Source of the DNA: Mantamonas sphyraenae STR306
Lineage: Eukaryota > Protista > CRuMs
Assembly (NCBI GenBank): GCA_026936335.1
Contig: JAPMXV010000035.1
Span: forward strand, 124,001 to 188,000
DNA length: 64,000 bases
Direction: 5' to 3'
The notes under the pieces were generated by a model, which was not told the DNA's origin, ran no database searches, and worked only from the letters and a program-made list of their open reading frames with translations. This document shows positions 51,861 through 62,920 of this stretch, in pieces; positions within the stretch are counted from its first letter, which is position 1; the number at the start of each line of letters is the position of its first letter. Position numbers and translations under genes: made by a program.

Positions 51861-54800
51861 GCGATATTGAGCAGAGCGTTGACATCTCGATTGATGACTC
51901 GCATGCTGTGGGCCCCTGCACACGCCTGAACCGCTGCACGTGCCCCTGCCGTGGCACTGCGACACCCGTGTTGTGCAACACACTCTTGACAACCAACCCA
52001 GCGTCCCATCGATTTTTTCGTGCTGCCCAAGGCATGGCAGTATTGAACTTCTCCATGGCACCGTGAGTGGTTCTTCGTGGTGTTGTACTCGGATACAATG
52101 AGCACCAGGGTGTGCAATGCAAGCTTCGAGGTCCAGGAGGTGAAGTTGCCCCCCGTCCAGGTTTGTGGCCCTGCCACAGTCAGCACGTGCTTCCTGTGCA
52201 ACGTTTTTGCATATGACTTTGCCGCCGTGTAGCATCGCTGAGCCTGCGCATTCTTGCAGCGAGCTGACTGAGCCCTGGATGCTGGCGTGTGTTCGCCGCT
52301 TGAGCGCTTGTGCCCACGTCTTTGCACCAACTCTCCCCTGTGCGAGGTAGTGGACACGCGCACGAGCGTGCCGTACACACGTGAACCTCGTCGGAACTCA
52401 GGCTCAGCAGAAGGGGCAAAGAGCGCTGCGTGATTTTTGGTCTTGCCACCGTCCAGAATCAGCATCACCGCCTCGTTCATCCACGTCTGCGGCGGCTTGC
52501 GGAACAGCACCTGCCTCTCAAACAGGGCTCCTTTTGGAGTCAATGCCTGCTCCCGGGGAATACAATCGAGCAGCTTGTTTGCTTGTTCGGCGTTGTGGCC
52601 GCTGGCGCGAAGCAGGCGCACAGTTCTTTCGCGGCCGAGCAATCGCACAGATGCTGTCAGAATGACAGCAGCGTTGTGTGACTTTTTCAGGAAAGGCAGC
52701 AGGTACGCAACGCTGCGCTGTGAGGTCTCAAAGAGCTCATCCAGAAAAAAGCATCCACAGATTTTGGGGTCCAGGTACGAGTCCACCAGGCTCAGGAGGG
52801 ACAATAAGGGTGCCTGCTTGTGACGGCAGTACTTCCACGTGCCCATGTGCCGCGCAGCACTGCCCCAATAGCCAGACAGCTGGCTGGGCGATGCAGAAAG
52901 CAAATCCGGTGTGAAGATGAGTGACACAAGGGGTGGTTGTGTCGTCCTCGCACGATGCTGAGCGAGGCTGTTACATGATAACCATGCCTCAACGAGCGTT
53001 TGCAAGTAGTCGATGTTGGCACACAACGTGTCCTTCTCTTGCATGACAATCTGGTGCAGCTCACCGGGATTGTCCGCATCGTTTGCCCAGGCCTGAAGGT
53101 TCTCCACGGTGGCGTTTCCGGTGCTCTCCCACGTGCGGAGGATGTTCCAATAGTCTGTCGGCGTGTACATGACCTGCGCCTCTGGATTGACCTGTTGGGG
53201 AAGGTTCAGCGGCTGCTCGCCTGCCTTCAGCGTGCTCACAGCATCCAAAAGGTCTTTCACGTCGCCATCCGCATACAGGTGGTCCGCGGTGAAGTGGATT
53301 GTCTTTAACGCCTGCAGTGCTGCCTGTTTCAGTGCATCGGGGTCTGAATCGGACACGGAAGAATCTGCCCCATCAGATGTTCCCGAGGCAGAGGCTGAGG
53401 AGGATGAGGAGGAGGATGAGGATGAGGATGAGGATGAGGATGAGGATGAGGATGAGGATGAGGATGAGGATGAGGATGAGGATGAGGATGAGGATGAGGA
53501 GGAGGCGGCGGAGGCGGCGGCGGAGGAGGAGGAGGAGGAGGAGGCTGCGACGGGTGACTCGAAGATTTGCGTGAGATTGACCTCCTTCAGCCGCTTGCGC
53601 ACCATGGCGGCCGTCCTTGGCTTTGTGCTCTCCTTGCCGTTGTCGTTGAGGTAGTCTGCAATCACCTGGCTCGCTGCCTCCATGCCCAGAGATGTGACGT
53701 CTTCAGGCAGCATTGCGTGCAGAGCGCATGCCCGCGCTGCGCCTTGAACAAGCACAATCATGTCCTGTGCACAGCTGGCTCCGTGTTTGCCGACTGCAGC
53801 CAAACCGCGCTTGGTGTCCTCGTCCAGGGCTTCCACCAGTGGCACACAACCAGGCCCGGCGGGGGCATCCGCAATTTGGAGCGGTGACGGGAGGCACCTG
53901 GAGGACCAGTGCTCGTTTGCACTCCAACCAGCATTTCCTGCGGCCTGCACGTCCAGCACCAACACCTTGCCATCGTGGCTCTGTGCCAGTGCGTTCGCCA
54001 CACTCCTTGCTAGCTTGTCCAGTCGCAGGGTCAGAAGGGGAGAATCCACGGGCACAGCGTCGCCCGTTTCACCTGCGCGTGTTGTTCGACGTTTGGGAAC
54101 AGAACGAACGGCATCCTGCAGGAGATAAGGGAGAAGCTTCACGAATACGTTCAGCATCACCAGTGTGGCCCTCCCGAAGGCTTGTGTTGCAGAAGAGAGG
54201 TCTGAAACAACGGCATGCGTTTCGGCGGACCAATCAGCCGCGTTCTCGCTGGCCGCGGCGCCGGCCTTCAAAGGGATCATCGAGACGTCCGAGTCCACCA
54301 GACCACACAGGTGATCCGGTGCCGTCTTTCCATCCAAGGCACCGACCCAAGCACAGGCAGCGAGGACGCCGTCTTCCCCGATTTCGCGCATCCGCTTCCC
54401 AAACATCTTTGTGGCCTCTTCTTCCAGACTCAGCAGACCCTCCTCGCGCTTCTCGCTGACGCTCATGCGACGCTGCTTTCTGTACAACAGCGAGTAGTAC
54501 AAGGGAAGCAGGCCATGCTCGCGTGCATATGCTTGGATACGCTTCCGCGGCCGTTTCTTGCTCAACTCGGCCGTATCCATCTTGTCACGAAGCGACAGTG
54601 CCTTTTGAATGAGTTCAGCGTCGACCCTGTCCCAGTAGTTGGCCATGGCGTCGCAGAGGCTGCTTGAAACGACGTCTCCTCCACACTCGAGTTCCATCTT
54701 GCAGACGCGTTTCAGCTGGGTCCTTCTGATCGTCACTCTCATTTGCATGCTTGCTGAAGCTTGCAGACGCTCCAACAGGTGCTTGACCTCCTCTGCCAAC

Positions 54801-56876
54801 CGTTGCGCGTCACCCAACACGGAGATCGTGTGCGTGTGACTCTGTTTGTCCTCGCGAAAATGGTCGCCGGCCATCAACACGACGTCCCCGCCAGCGTCCT
54901 CCGCATCGTTGTGTGCCTCTTCCAGATCCAGAAGCACATCATACGCGTTGTTCAGCACTACCAGTGTCTTCCTTGCCCTCCCTGTCCGTGTGTTCCTTGT
55001 GTCCAGCCCATGGATTCCATGGATTCGCTCTGGCGAACCGGCACCCACAATCACAAGGTCCTGTACATTCCCACTCTTATCCACAACGACAGAAAAGGCT
55101 TGTCCGACAAGTACATACGCCACCTGTCGTTTGGCGGTGGAAAACGAGTCCCAGGATTCCGGCAAATTCGCCGTCCCTTCTTTGCGCAGCCGCTGGGCAA
55201 AGAAGGACTCAAAGGCCCGGACCATGGCACCCTTGTCGCCCTTGCTCTGGTCCACCATCTGCTGGTACAAACCCTCCAAGGCCTCTTTGCTCACACTGTT
55301 GGGGATTTGGCTCTGGATGCGCTGGCTCTGCCGTCGCCTGTGAAACACACTCACCCATGGTGAGTCCATGTACACTGCACTGTCATACAGGTCATCCTCA
55401 AGCAATTGTCTCGATCCGGCAGACAGGGCTTGGTAGTCGCTGAGCAGCTTGCTCTCCTTGGCAGTGAACGACTTCGACAGGTACTCCACCAGATGCTGGA
55501 GAGAATCGATATGAACGACGGAGAGATGGTTGTCGCCTGTGCTTGGGGGTTCAAACCCCGTCGGTACGATCAGCTCGGTGCTCGCGACACCACAAGCCTT
55601 TGAAACCAGTGTTGAGTACTTTGAAAGCAGTGGGACCCGCGACGGGATGCCATCTCGCTTGCCAGTGAGCAGAGCGAACGTGTTCAATTGATACCTGGTC
55701 AACTCAGTCACCTCGTATGCCAGTAGCGGTTCTGTGGGATGCACACTGAAGAAAGACGCAGAAACGGTGGGGGCCAGTCGCACCACATCGGAGTCAGTGT
55801 GCACAAAGACGTGTTGGTACCGGTCATAATGAGCTGAAAAGAAGGCAGCCATTGCCTCCTCAGCTTCCAAAGAGGCCGACGTCGTTGGTGCAGGCGACAG
55901 AAACACGCCAGGCGTCTCTTGCATCGGCTGGGTCCAATCGTGCCGTGGAATGGACCTGGAGAGGTACTCGTGCAAGTAGCCATACGTCAGGTACGACCTG
56001 CATTGCCACAGCATGTCCTGGGTGGAGGATGGGTGTGAGCGAGGGAAATGAGAGAATGGCATGGGCACAAAAATGGATGCCTCACCTCATAGCTGGGCGG
56101 CTTCTTGTTTGATGCGGAGTGGCTGAGATGCCTCAACAGATCCTGGACATGCACCTTGTCCTTGAAGTGGGTTTGCATGCCTGCAAAGTCTTCGGGGGCA
56201 GCGTGGTGATCCAGGAACAGCAGGATGGCGGCATTGACACCTCTCGCGTCCAACTCCTTTTTCAACTGCGTCACCTCGTCAATGACTTCGTTTGCCTTGG
56301 TCCTGATGTGCGTTTGCACTTGCTCTTGTGTTTTCTCCTCCAGGTTTGCGTGCAGCCAAATGCTTTTGTCTGTGGAGGATGAGGAGGGGCGTGTGAAGAA
56401 CGGCAGCAGTGTGTCAGTTGGCCGTTGCGTTTTTGGGCGTTTTTGGCGCCAGCCAGCCAGTCACTGCACGTACAAAGGACACCACCATCGACACAGACCA
56501 CCATCATGTCTCCTTCGGGGTCGGCAACCTCGGAAATTCTGCTTGCCAGGGCAGGGGCGTTCAATGAATGACTGTTCTGTGGCAGTTGCGCAGGTGGATG
56601 TTCGCGCGGCGCTGTTGTCTCCTCTCCGGCCATCATGCGCATGTGTTTGAGCAGTACTGCCTTGCTGGGCCGCCACACCTTGTGTGTTTGGCCTGTGGCG
56701 TCCATCGTAACTTCGACAACCGCTTGTGCATCTCCATCGAATGCAGTCACAACCTTTCGCACGCTGGGCGGTAAGTCGTCCACACGAACCGATCTGGCAG
56801 CAAGGACGTCCTGCTGCCCTAAGATGGATTCAACAATGCCATCTACGGCGTCATCGCGGCTGCTGGATGATGACAT
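51773..56876 (-). CDS. ~1643-aa FEN1/XPG-like nuclease fused to Fanzor/TnpB-type RuvC-zinc finger nuclease
   Basis: Exons 56876-56474, 56369-56086, 56017-51773 (4932 nt, in frame). XPG-like motifs VCVDGG, LFLD, EAEEAMA, HTDSD, LTRYQLNTFALLTGKRDG. Fanzor motifs LILDGG, VSEYNTTKNHSRC, CQEC, INRDVNALLNI, GRRPAGLQR. Confidence 0.85.
53395..53545. repeat. (GAGGAT)n/(GAG)n microsatellite encoding the poly-Ser linker of the fusion protein
   Basis: Near-perfect hexamer run seen directly; translates as poly-Ser on the minus strand. Confidence 0.9.
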
Positions 56877-57049
56877 TGTGTTTGATGCGACTCCGCGCGC
56901 AGCCGGCAGCTGTTGACCTCCTTTGATGCACACGTGCCAAGATCATAACAGTGGCGAGGTCTGCCTGTATCATGCTGATCTCCGCTTTCCCGACGTGGGC
57001 ATGTGACTGTTTGTGATCGCTCTGGTGTGGAGTTTGTTTGAAAATCCAG

Positions 57050-57066
57050 GTGTGCACAGCGCGCTG
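57050..57066 (-). repeat. Right inverted repeat (plus strand GTGTGCACAGCGCGCTG)
   Basis: Reverse complement CAGCGCGCTGTGCACAC versus CAGCGTGCTGTGCACAC at 51659. Confidence 0.7.
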
Positions 57067-57090
57067 AACTTAACTGTAACGGGCCTCGGC

Positions 57091-57762
57091 ATGACGACTG
57101 CGACACATCGACTGCCTCTCCTTGCAGCTGTACTGCTGATATTGTGTGCGACGTGTTGCATGGGCGACCACTTTGAGCGACGCACGCCTGGCTACCGGCT
57201 GGGATCCCCGCTGGTCGATTCGGTGCATCTCGACTTTTTCCTGGACTTCCAGTGTCCGTATTGCAAGACAGCCTTCCCCACCATCCAGAGTGTGATGGAG
57301 CATTACAACGGCAACGCAGCAAACGGCTCGATGCCGCTTCGCCTGGTCCTGCACCCGTTTCCGCTTCCCTTTCACCGTTCCGGCTTCCTCAGCGCCTCAG
57401 CCGTGGCTGCCTTTGCACAGCTCATGCCTGGAGGCGAAGTCAAGTACATTGAGAAGCTGTATGCGGAACAGGATCAGTTCTACAATGCCCCTTCGTTCAA
57501 CAAAAGCCAGGCCGAACTGACGGAGCTCTTTGCGCAGTTTGCCAGTGAGTGTGGCATGGATGACCAACAGGCGTTTGTGAAAGCCATGCAATCGGATGTT
57601 GTGTATGAACAGGCCATCGGCAGTTGGCAGTACGCCATCGTGCGTGCCGTGCGAGCCACCCCAACCTTTTTTGTCAACGGCGTCCATGTCGCCGACGCGG
57701 ACAGCACATGGACGGTGGCACAGTGGACCAAACTGTTGGATCCGCTGGTGTACGGGCAATGA
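57091..57762 (+). CDS. Secreted DsbA-like thioredoxin-fold protein (paralog 2)
   Basis: Signal peptide, FLDFQCPYC, PLPFHRSGF, VRATPTFFVNG, DADSTWT shared with paralog 1. Confidence 0.9.
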   Translation: MTTATHRLPLLAAVLLILCATCCMGDHFERRTPGYRLGSPLVDSVHLDFFLDFQCPYCKTAFPTIQSVMEHYNGNAANGSMPLRLVLHPFPLPFHRSGFLSASAVAAFAQLMPGGEVKYIEKLYAEQDQFYNAPSFNKSQAELTELFAQFASECGMDDQQAFVKAMQSDVVYEQAIGSWQYAIVRAVRATPTFFVNGVHVADADSTWTVAQWTKLLDPLVYGQ

Positions 57763-57814
57763 GCAATGAACAATGTGTGTGTGTGTGTGTGTGTGTTGTA
57801 CTGTGAAGATGAGA

Positions 57815-59790
57815 TTAGCAAAATCGTGACAACCCAAGGCTGCGGCCTGCGGTGATGTCATCCGAGACTTCGTTGATGCCTGTGATGGCCATGAGGACAA
57901 AGCTGACGCTGAGGACAATGGAGATGACCATGGTGATGTAGGACAGCTTCCTGTGCTTCTTGATGAGCCAGTTCATGATGGTCTTCCCTGTGAGGGCGCC
58001 TGCAAAGCCCACGCAGGTATACCAGAAGCCATAGTCGTAGGGAAGGAGGCCTAGGACGAGATACTGCAGTGTGGTGGCAGATGCGGTGAAAAGGATCATG
58101 AAACTGGTGGTCGGGGCGACGATGTACGGATTCATGCCCATGTGCAGCAGCAGGGGCGACTTGATGAGGGCATCCTCAATGCCCAGAAGACCAGCCATGA
58201 TACCAGCCACAAAGCTGTACATGCAGTACAGGAGGATGTTGTCGATGGTCCAATGAATGTCGCCTTCGGGGAACGGGTAGCGCAGGCGGACTTTGTTCTC
58301 AAAGTCGCTGTGGAGCCTGCGTGCAGCCCAGGCGGTGGCCAGCAGGACAAAGGGCAGCACGGAAAAGATGACGGACCAGTATTCCCAGGTGCAGCTCTTG
58401 ATGCCCAGGATGGAGGGCATGGCGTGGCCTCCGTTGCTCAGCGACACAAAGAGGACAAAGAACCAGACAAAGACGAGGAGAGCAATCTTATCCCAGGCCG
58501 TCTTGCTTTCCTTGAAGATCATTTGGTGGACGGCAAACTGCTCCTCACGAAACAGATTCTTGGCGCCTGCACGGCCCTGTTCGTCGTCGCCCTCGTGGAG
58601 GGCCATGGTGCGGATGCCGCCGTCGTCGTGGAGGAGGTCATCGTCGTCGTCGTCTTCGTCCGAGTCGGCAAACGGGTGTGCGGCGGAGGGCGACAGCAAA
58701 TCGTGGCGTTCGGCCTCGGTGGCGAGCTCGTCGCGTGCAAAGTGCACCCAATCCGGGGAGGATTCTTGCCGATGCAGCTCACGAAAGTGCTTGAAGGTGC
58801 GCCAGGAGGCAACGGCCAAGGTGGTGGTCAGCAGAAAGACAATGAGCCAGGTGGGAAACACGACGTTAAGGAAAACACCGAGAATGGTGGCGGCCATGGT
58901 CAGCGGTTCGCCCACAAACGCCGCGTCATAGTTGATCAGCGGCCGGTTGACCACAGGGTGCCGCTGGCCAAAGTTTTTGATAAAGGTGGCGATGGAGCCG
59001 CCAAAGATGGTGGCCTTGCTCAGTGGGATGGCTGTCTGCGTGGGAAATTGCGCAAGGAGGATGAACAGGCCCACGTACAGACCGCCGCCGCCAATGCCGC
59101 CTGCAGCAGCAAGCGAAGCTGTGGTGGAAGGCACAACGCACACGGGTGCATCCAAAGGGTGTCACGTGCAGAAGGACGTCCATGTGAGCAGAGGCGGCAG
59201 GACGGGAGGTGGCAAACACGCCGGGAGGCGGAGGGGGATTGTGTTCGCGGGACCCCCGGGGTGGGGAAAGGCAGGCCCCTGGCGTGTGGGGAAGGCATGG
59301 GAGAGAGGCGATGGGAGGGCAAGGGGAGGGCAATGTGGAAGAGGGAGGGTTGGGCGGATGTGCATGGGCACGCACCTGCGATAAAGGCGAGGAAGGTGCC
59401 GAAAAAGTCGGGGCCGTTGAAGTGCGGGAAGAGCGACTTGTGGGCGCAGATGGAGCCGCCTGCGTCGCGGACGGGACGGCAGACAGTCTGTGGAGACTCG
59501 CATTGGGTTGTGTTTTGGCAGTAGCTGCAGATGCCATCTATACACACGAGCTGCTTTCCGCACTCTGCGAGCTGGAACTGCAGTTTGCAGTCGAGGCCGA
59601 GGGTGCCTGTGGGGTTGTTCTTGGGCGACACAAAGCGCCCGTCGGGGTCGCGTGGCACAGGCGTGGGCGTGGGTGTGGAGGTAGGATCAGCAGTGGGTGC
59701 TGCTTGGGTGCATGCAGGCAGCAGGCACAGGCACACCAACAACACCACGCATCGCAAAACGACCAGACGGGACGGAGGACGCAGCAGCAT
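57815..59790 (-). CDS. Sulfite exporter TauE/SafE family protein with Cys-rich N-terminal ectodomain
   Basis: AAGGIGGGGLYV, AIPLSKATIFG, RPLINYD, TTSFMILFTAS; intron 59375-59119; signal peptide. Confidence 0.9.
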
Positions 59791-59845
59791 GGTAGGGTGT
59801 AGGGTTGGGCTGGAGGGAGGAAAGAGTGATGTTCTGTCGTATGTT

Positions 59846-60067
59846 CTATTGTGCCGGGAATGTCTCTTTGCCCGCTCGGATGGCTTCCAGGCGTGCAATG
59901 AGAGCCTTGTTGATGGGTTCGCGGAAGGCCTCGGGCAGCGACTGAATGTACGCCTTGACGTCTGCAGTGCGTCCTGCCAGGATGCCAGCCACCAGTTGGT
60001 TAATTACATTCTCGGTAGAGTCCTGCTGTTGTTGTTGTTGCTGTTGCTGTTGCTGTTGCTGTTGTTG

Positions 60068-60106
<39 letters not shown>

Positions 60107-62218
60107 TGGCTTGCGAGGGGGTGGCAGCTGAGGCTTCTGGGTTTGTACATTGGCCTGCTGCTTGCCCTTGTCCGAGTCATTGTAGGAGGAGGAGGAGGAA
60201 GAGGTGTGGGAATACTGCTGCAGCTGCTCGTCCTCGTCGTAGCGAGCCTTGGCGAGGGCTTCCTCGCGCTCCTTCTCTTCCTGCTCTGCACGCTGCATGC
60301 GTGCTGTCTCATCGTCGCGATCGGGAATGATGCGTTGCAGGCGCACCAGCTGGTCCATCGTCTGCTTGCGTGGGATGGGTCGTGGCGGAGGACGTCCCGC
60401 CCCAGCATCGTCGTCGTCGTCGTCGTCGTCACTGTACCGTGCAAACCGCGACGTCGCCGCCTTGGCCAATCCTGCCATGGCTGCAGCCTGCTGTGCCTGC
60501 GGGCCGTTGTTGCTAATGTTGTTGTTGTTGCTGCTGCTGCTGTTGCCCTGTGCACCCCCGTTGTTGTTGTTGTTGTTGTCATTGCCGTCTTGGACGTCGT
60601 CGTCGTCGTCGTCATCGTCATCGTCATCGTCATAGGCCACCACCAGAGCCGCGGCCTTGTATTCCTGGTCCGTGAGGGTGGGTGGGGGTGCAGAAGGCTC
60701 GCCCATGCTGATGACGTTGCCCTCGTCGTCAAACTGGACGGCGGCCATGGATGAGGTGCGGTCCATGTTGGATGATGACGATGATGAGGAGGAGGACTCG
60801 TCGCCTTCATCCTCATCAATGAGAGTCTCCAGCATGGATTGCTTCTCCTCGACGGCGCGTGCGCCCTTGCGCATGGCATGTTTCAGGGCTCCGCGACGCA
60901 GTTCGTCGGCAATGTTGATCATGCCGTACTGGACATTGGCCGAGTGCTGGTCCTGATCCTCCTCAAATGTGCTCTGCAGGATGGAGAGGGCGCGTGTGCG
61001 GCGCGTGTCCTGCTCTGCGCGCAGTTTGGCTTCGTCTTCAAACAGGGGAATGTCGCCGTCGCCGTACACCAGATCGTACTCTTCGATCATCAACTGCACA
61101 ATCTGGCAGCACGTGGGCGCCTCGGTCATCATGCTGCCCAGGGTTTCCTGCTGCGGGCGCAGGATATTGGGTGCCATGACAATGGCGAGGTTGGTGGGGG
61201 TCATTTTCGTCACCTCCTGCTCCTTTGACACCAAGTTGAGGAAACAGCAGAGATACTGTGTGTGTGTGTGTGTGGGGGGGGGGAGGGGCGCGGGAAAGGG
61301 CCACCAAGGGACGTAGCAACATCAATGGGTGTGAGTGCACATGGTGACGCGCAGGCAGCGTGGGGGGCAGGTGCTGCGTGGACCAAAAGAGCGGTTGTTG
61401 AAAAAACCCTCCTCGGTCGAAAGGGCCCACACGGGTATGTGCTGGCCATGCGGGAAAACACATATGTGGTGGGTGCAGGGATAGGGCCGTACGGTGGTTG
61501 GCACAAGGCCAATACGACACGGGCCAAGGACCAAAACGTACGCTGCTGAGAGTCTGGTGGATGGCGGGCATGGCGGCGACAATGGAGCGGAGAGCCTCGA
61601 TGCGTTCACGGCGCAGGGGCTGGTCGGCGACCATGAGGAAGGCGGGATAGAGGTCAAAGGTAAAGAGGGGCTCGGGCAGCTCGCGCAGGTAGAGCTTAAG
61701 CAGGCCTGCGACCACGTGAGGATCGGTGTTGGTGGGAAACACGACCTTTTTCCCTGCAAGCGGGGCGCGGATTTTGCGTGCAACGGGTTTTGCGGGACCG
61801 TCAGGGAGCACACAGCGGGTCAGACGAGACGGGTATGGGCGGCAATGGCGGAGGAACAAGGCAAGCAACACGGGAAAGCAGGGCAAGGGAGGTAGGGTGG
61901 CATGTGTGCAGTGGAGGACGCACCTTTGTTGAATTCCTTTTTGAAGCGCTGGATTTCGTCGGCGGAGCCGCTGAGACGAAAGATACCGGTCTCGGAGAGG
62001 CCTGGGGAGTGGGCAAGAGTGTCAGGAGATATCAGGCAGGGACGACGCAGGAGCGACGGGATGGATGGAGGGCACAGGAGAGGGAGAGGGAGAGAAAACG
62101 AACCGTAGCGTGTGACGAAATCAATGCAGAGGGGAATGATAGGCGGCGGCTCGGACCAGTAGGCGAGGGCTGTGCCAAACACAGCCGCCTTTTTGGATTT
62201 GAAGAGCTTCTTGAGCAT
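59846..62218 (-). CDS. Rho GTPase-activating protein
   Basis: VFGTAL, GIFRLSGS, DPHVVAGLLKLYLRELPEPL, KMTPTNLAIVMAPNILRP; four exons; poly-Q/poly-D tail. Confidence 0.93.
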
Positions 62219-62320
62219 GGCCGCTGTAAGGAAAGGGGTTGTTCGGGTGGAAAGGGAGAAACGATTGGGTGGAGTGGCGTCGGCGTCGAGGGAGGCAGTG
62301 GAAGCAGTGGGGCCGAGGGC

Positions 62321-62845
62321 ATGTCGAGCAGCAGCAAGATGCGGCGAGGGAAACAGCGACGGGATCCGATGCCACGTTCGCTGGGCTACCTGCTGAAGGA
62401 GCTTGTGGACACGGCGGTGGAGATGGAGATGGTGAACGACACGTGGGTGCAGGGCACGCTGCGGGATGTGGATGACAACCTCAAGTAAGCGCGGGTGGGG
62501 TGGCAGGAAGAGGGAGAAGAGGAGACCACAGGACGAATACTGACACGGACGGCGCATGGATTGCGGAACTGTAGCATGATTATGGTGGACGCAAAGCTAA
62601 AGAGGAGGTGGAAAAAGGCGGAGGAGCTGGATGTGTTGTTTATCAAAGGGGCTCGCGTACGTATGGTGCACGTACCGGACAGTGTGGACGCAGTGGGGCT
62701 GATGGACGCACGTTTGGAGCGGCTGGAGCGAGCGAGGGCGGCATTTTCAAAGCAGAAGAAGCGGGACGGAGGCAAGGAAGAGCGGATCAAGCTGCCAAAG
62801 CTGGAACCGTTGCGTGGCGTGCTGATTCCAAGGGGAGACTCGTGA
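62321..62845 (+). CDS. LSM10: Sm-like protein resembling U7 snRNP LSM10
   Basis: RSLGYLLKEL...VQGTLRDVDDNLNM...LDVLFIKGARVRMVHVPD; intron 62485-62574. Confidence 0.65.
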
Positions 62846-62920
62846 GGCGAGGACGAGGGGCTGGGGGAAGGGGCAAGGGGAATGTAGTCAACGAATGGAG
62901 AAATGAGGAAGTGATTGCGC

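Larger units (their letters stand above)
51659..57066 (-). mobile_element. Putative TIR-bounded element carrying an XPG/FEN1-Fanzor fusion gene
   Basis: 17-bp inverted repeats with 1 mismatch bracket a single large Fanzor-type gene; no transposase and no clear TSD seen. Confidence 0.6.

Noticed and set aside
53163-53654. Plus-strand poly-(ED) ORF
   Set aside because: Antisense shadow of the poly-Ser microsatellite inside the fusion gene.
56190-56230. ILLFLDHHAAP as a pogo/DDE transposase motif
   Set aside because: No QPLD or other DDE motifs follow; the surrounding VDG, EAE, DSD and H3TH motifs fit XPG/FEN1 much better.
51643-57078. ACTGTA as a target-site duplication
   Set aside because: The copies lie 10 nt and 6 nt outside the inverted repeats (asymmetric), and a 6-mer match is easily chance.
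60020-60110. CAG/CAA tract and other short tandem repeats as CRISPR-like arrays
   Set aside because: Simple microsatellites encoding poly-Q/S/D; no repeat-spacer structure anywhere in the window.
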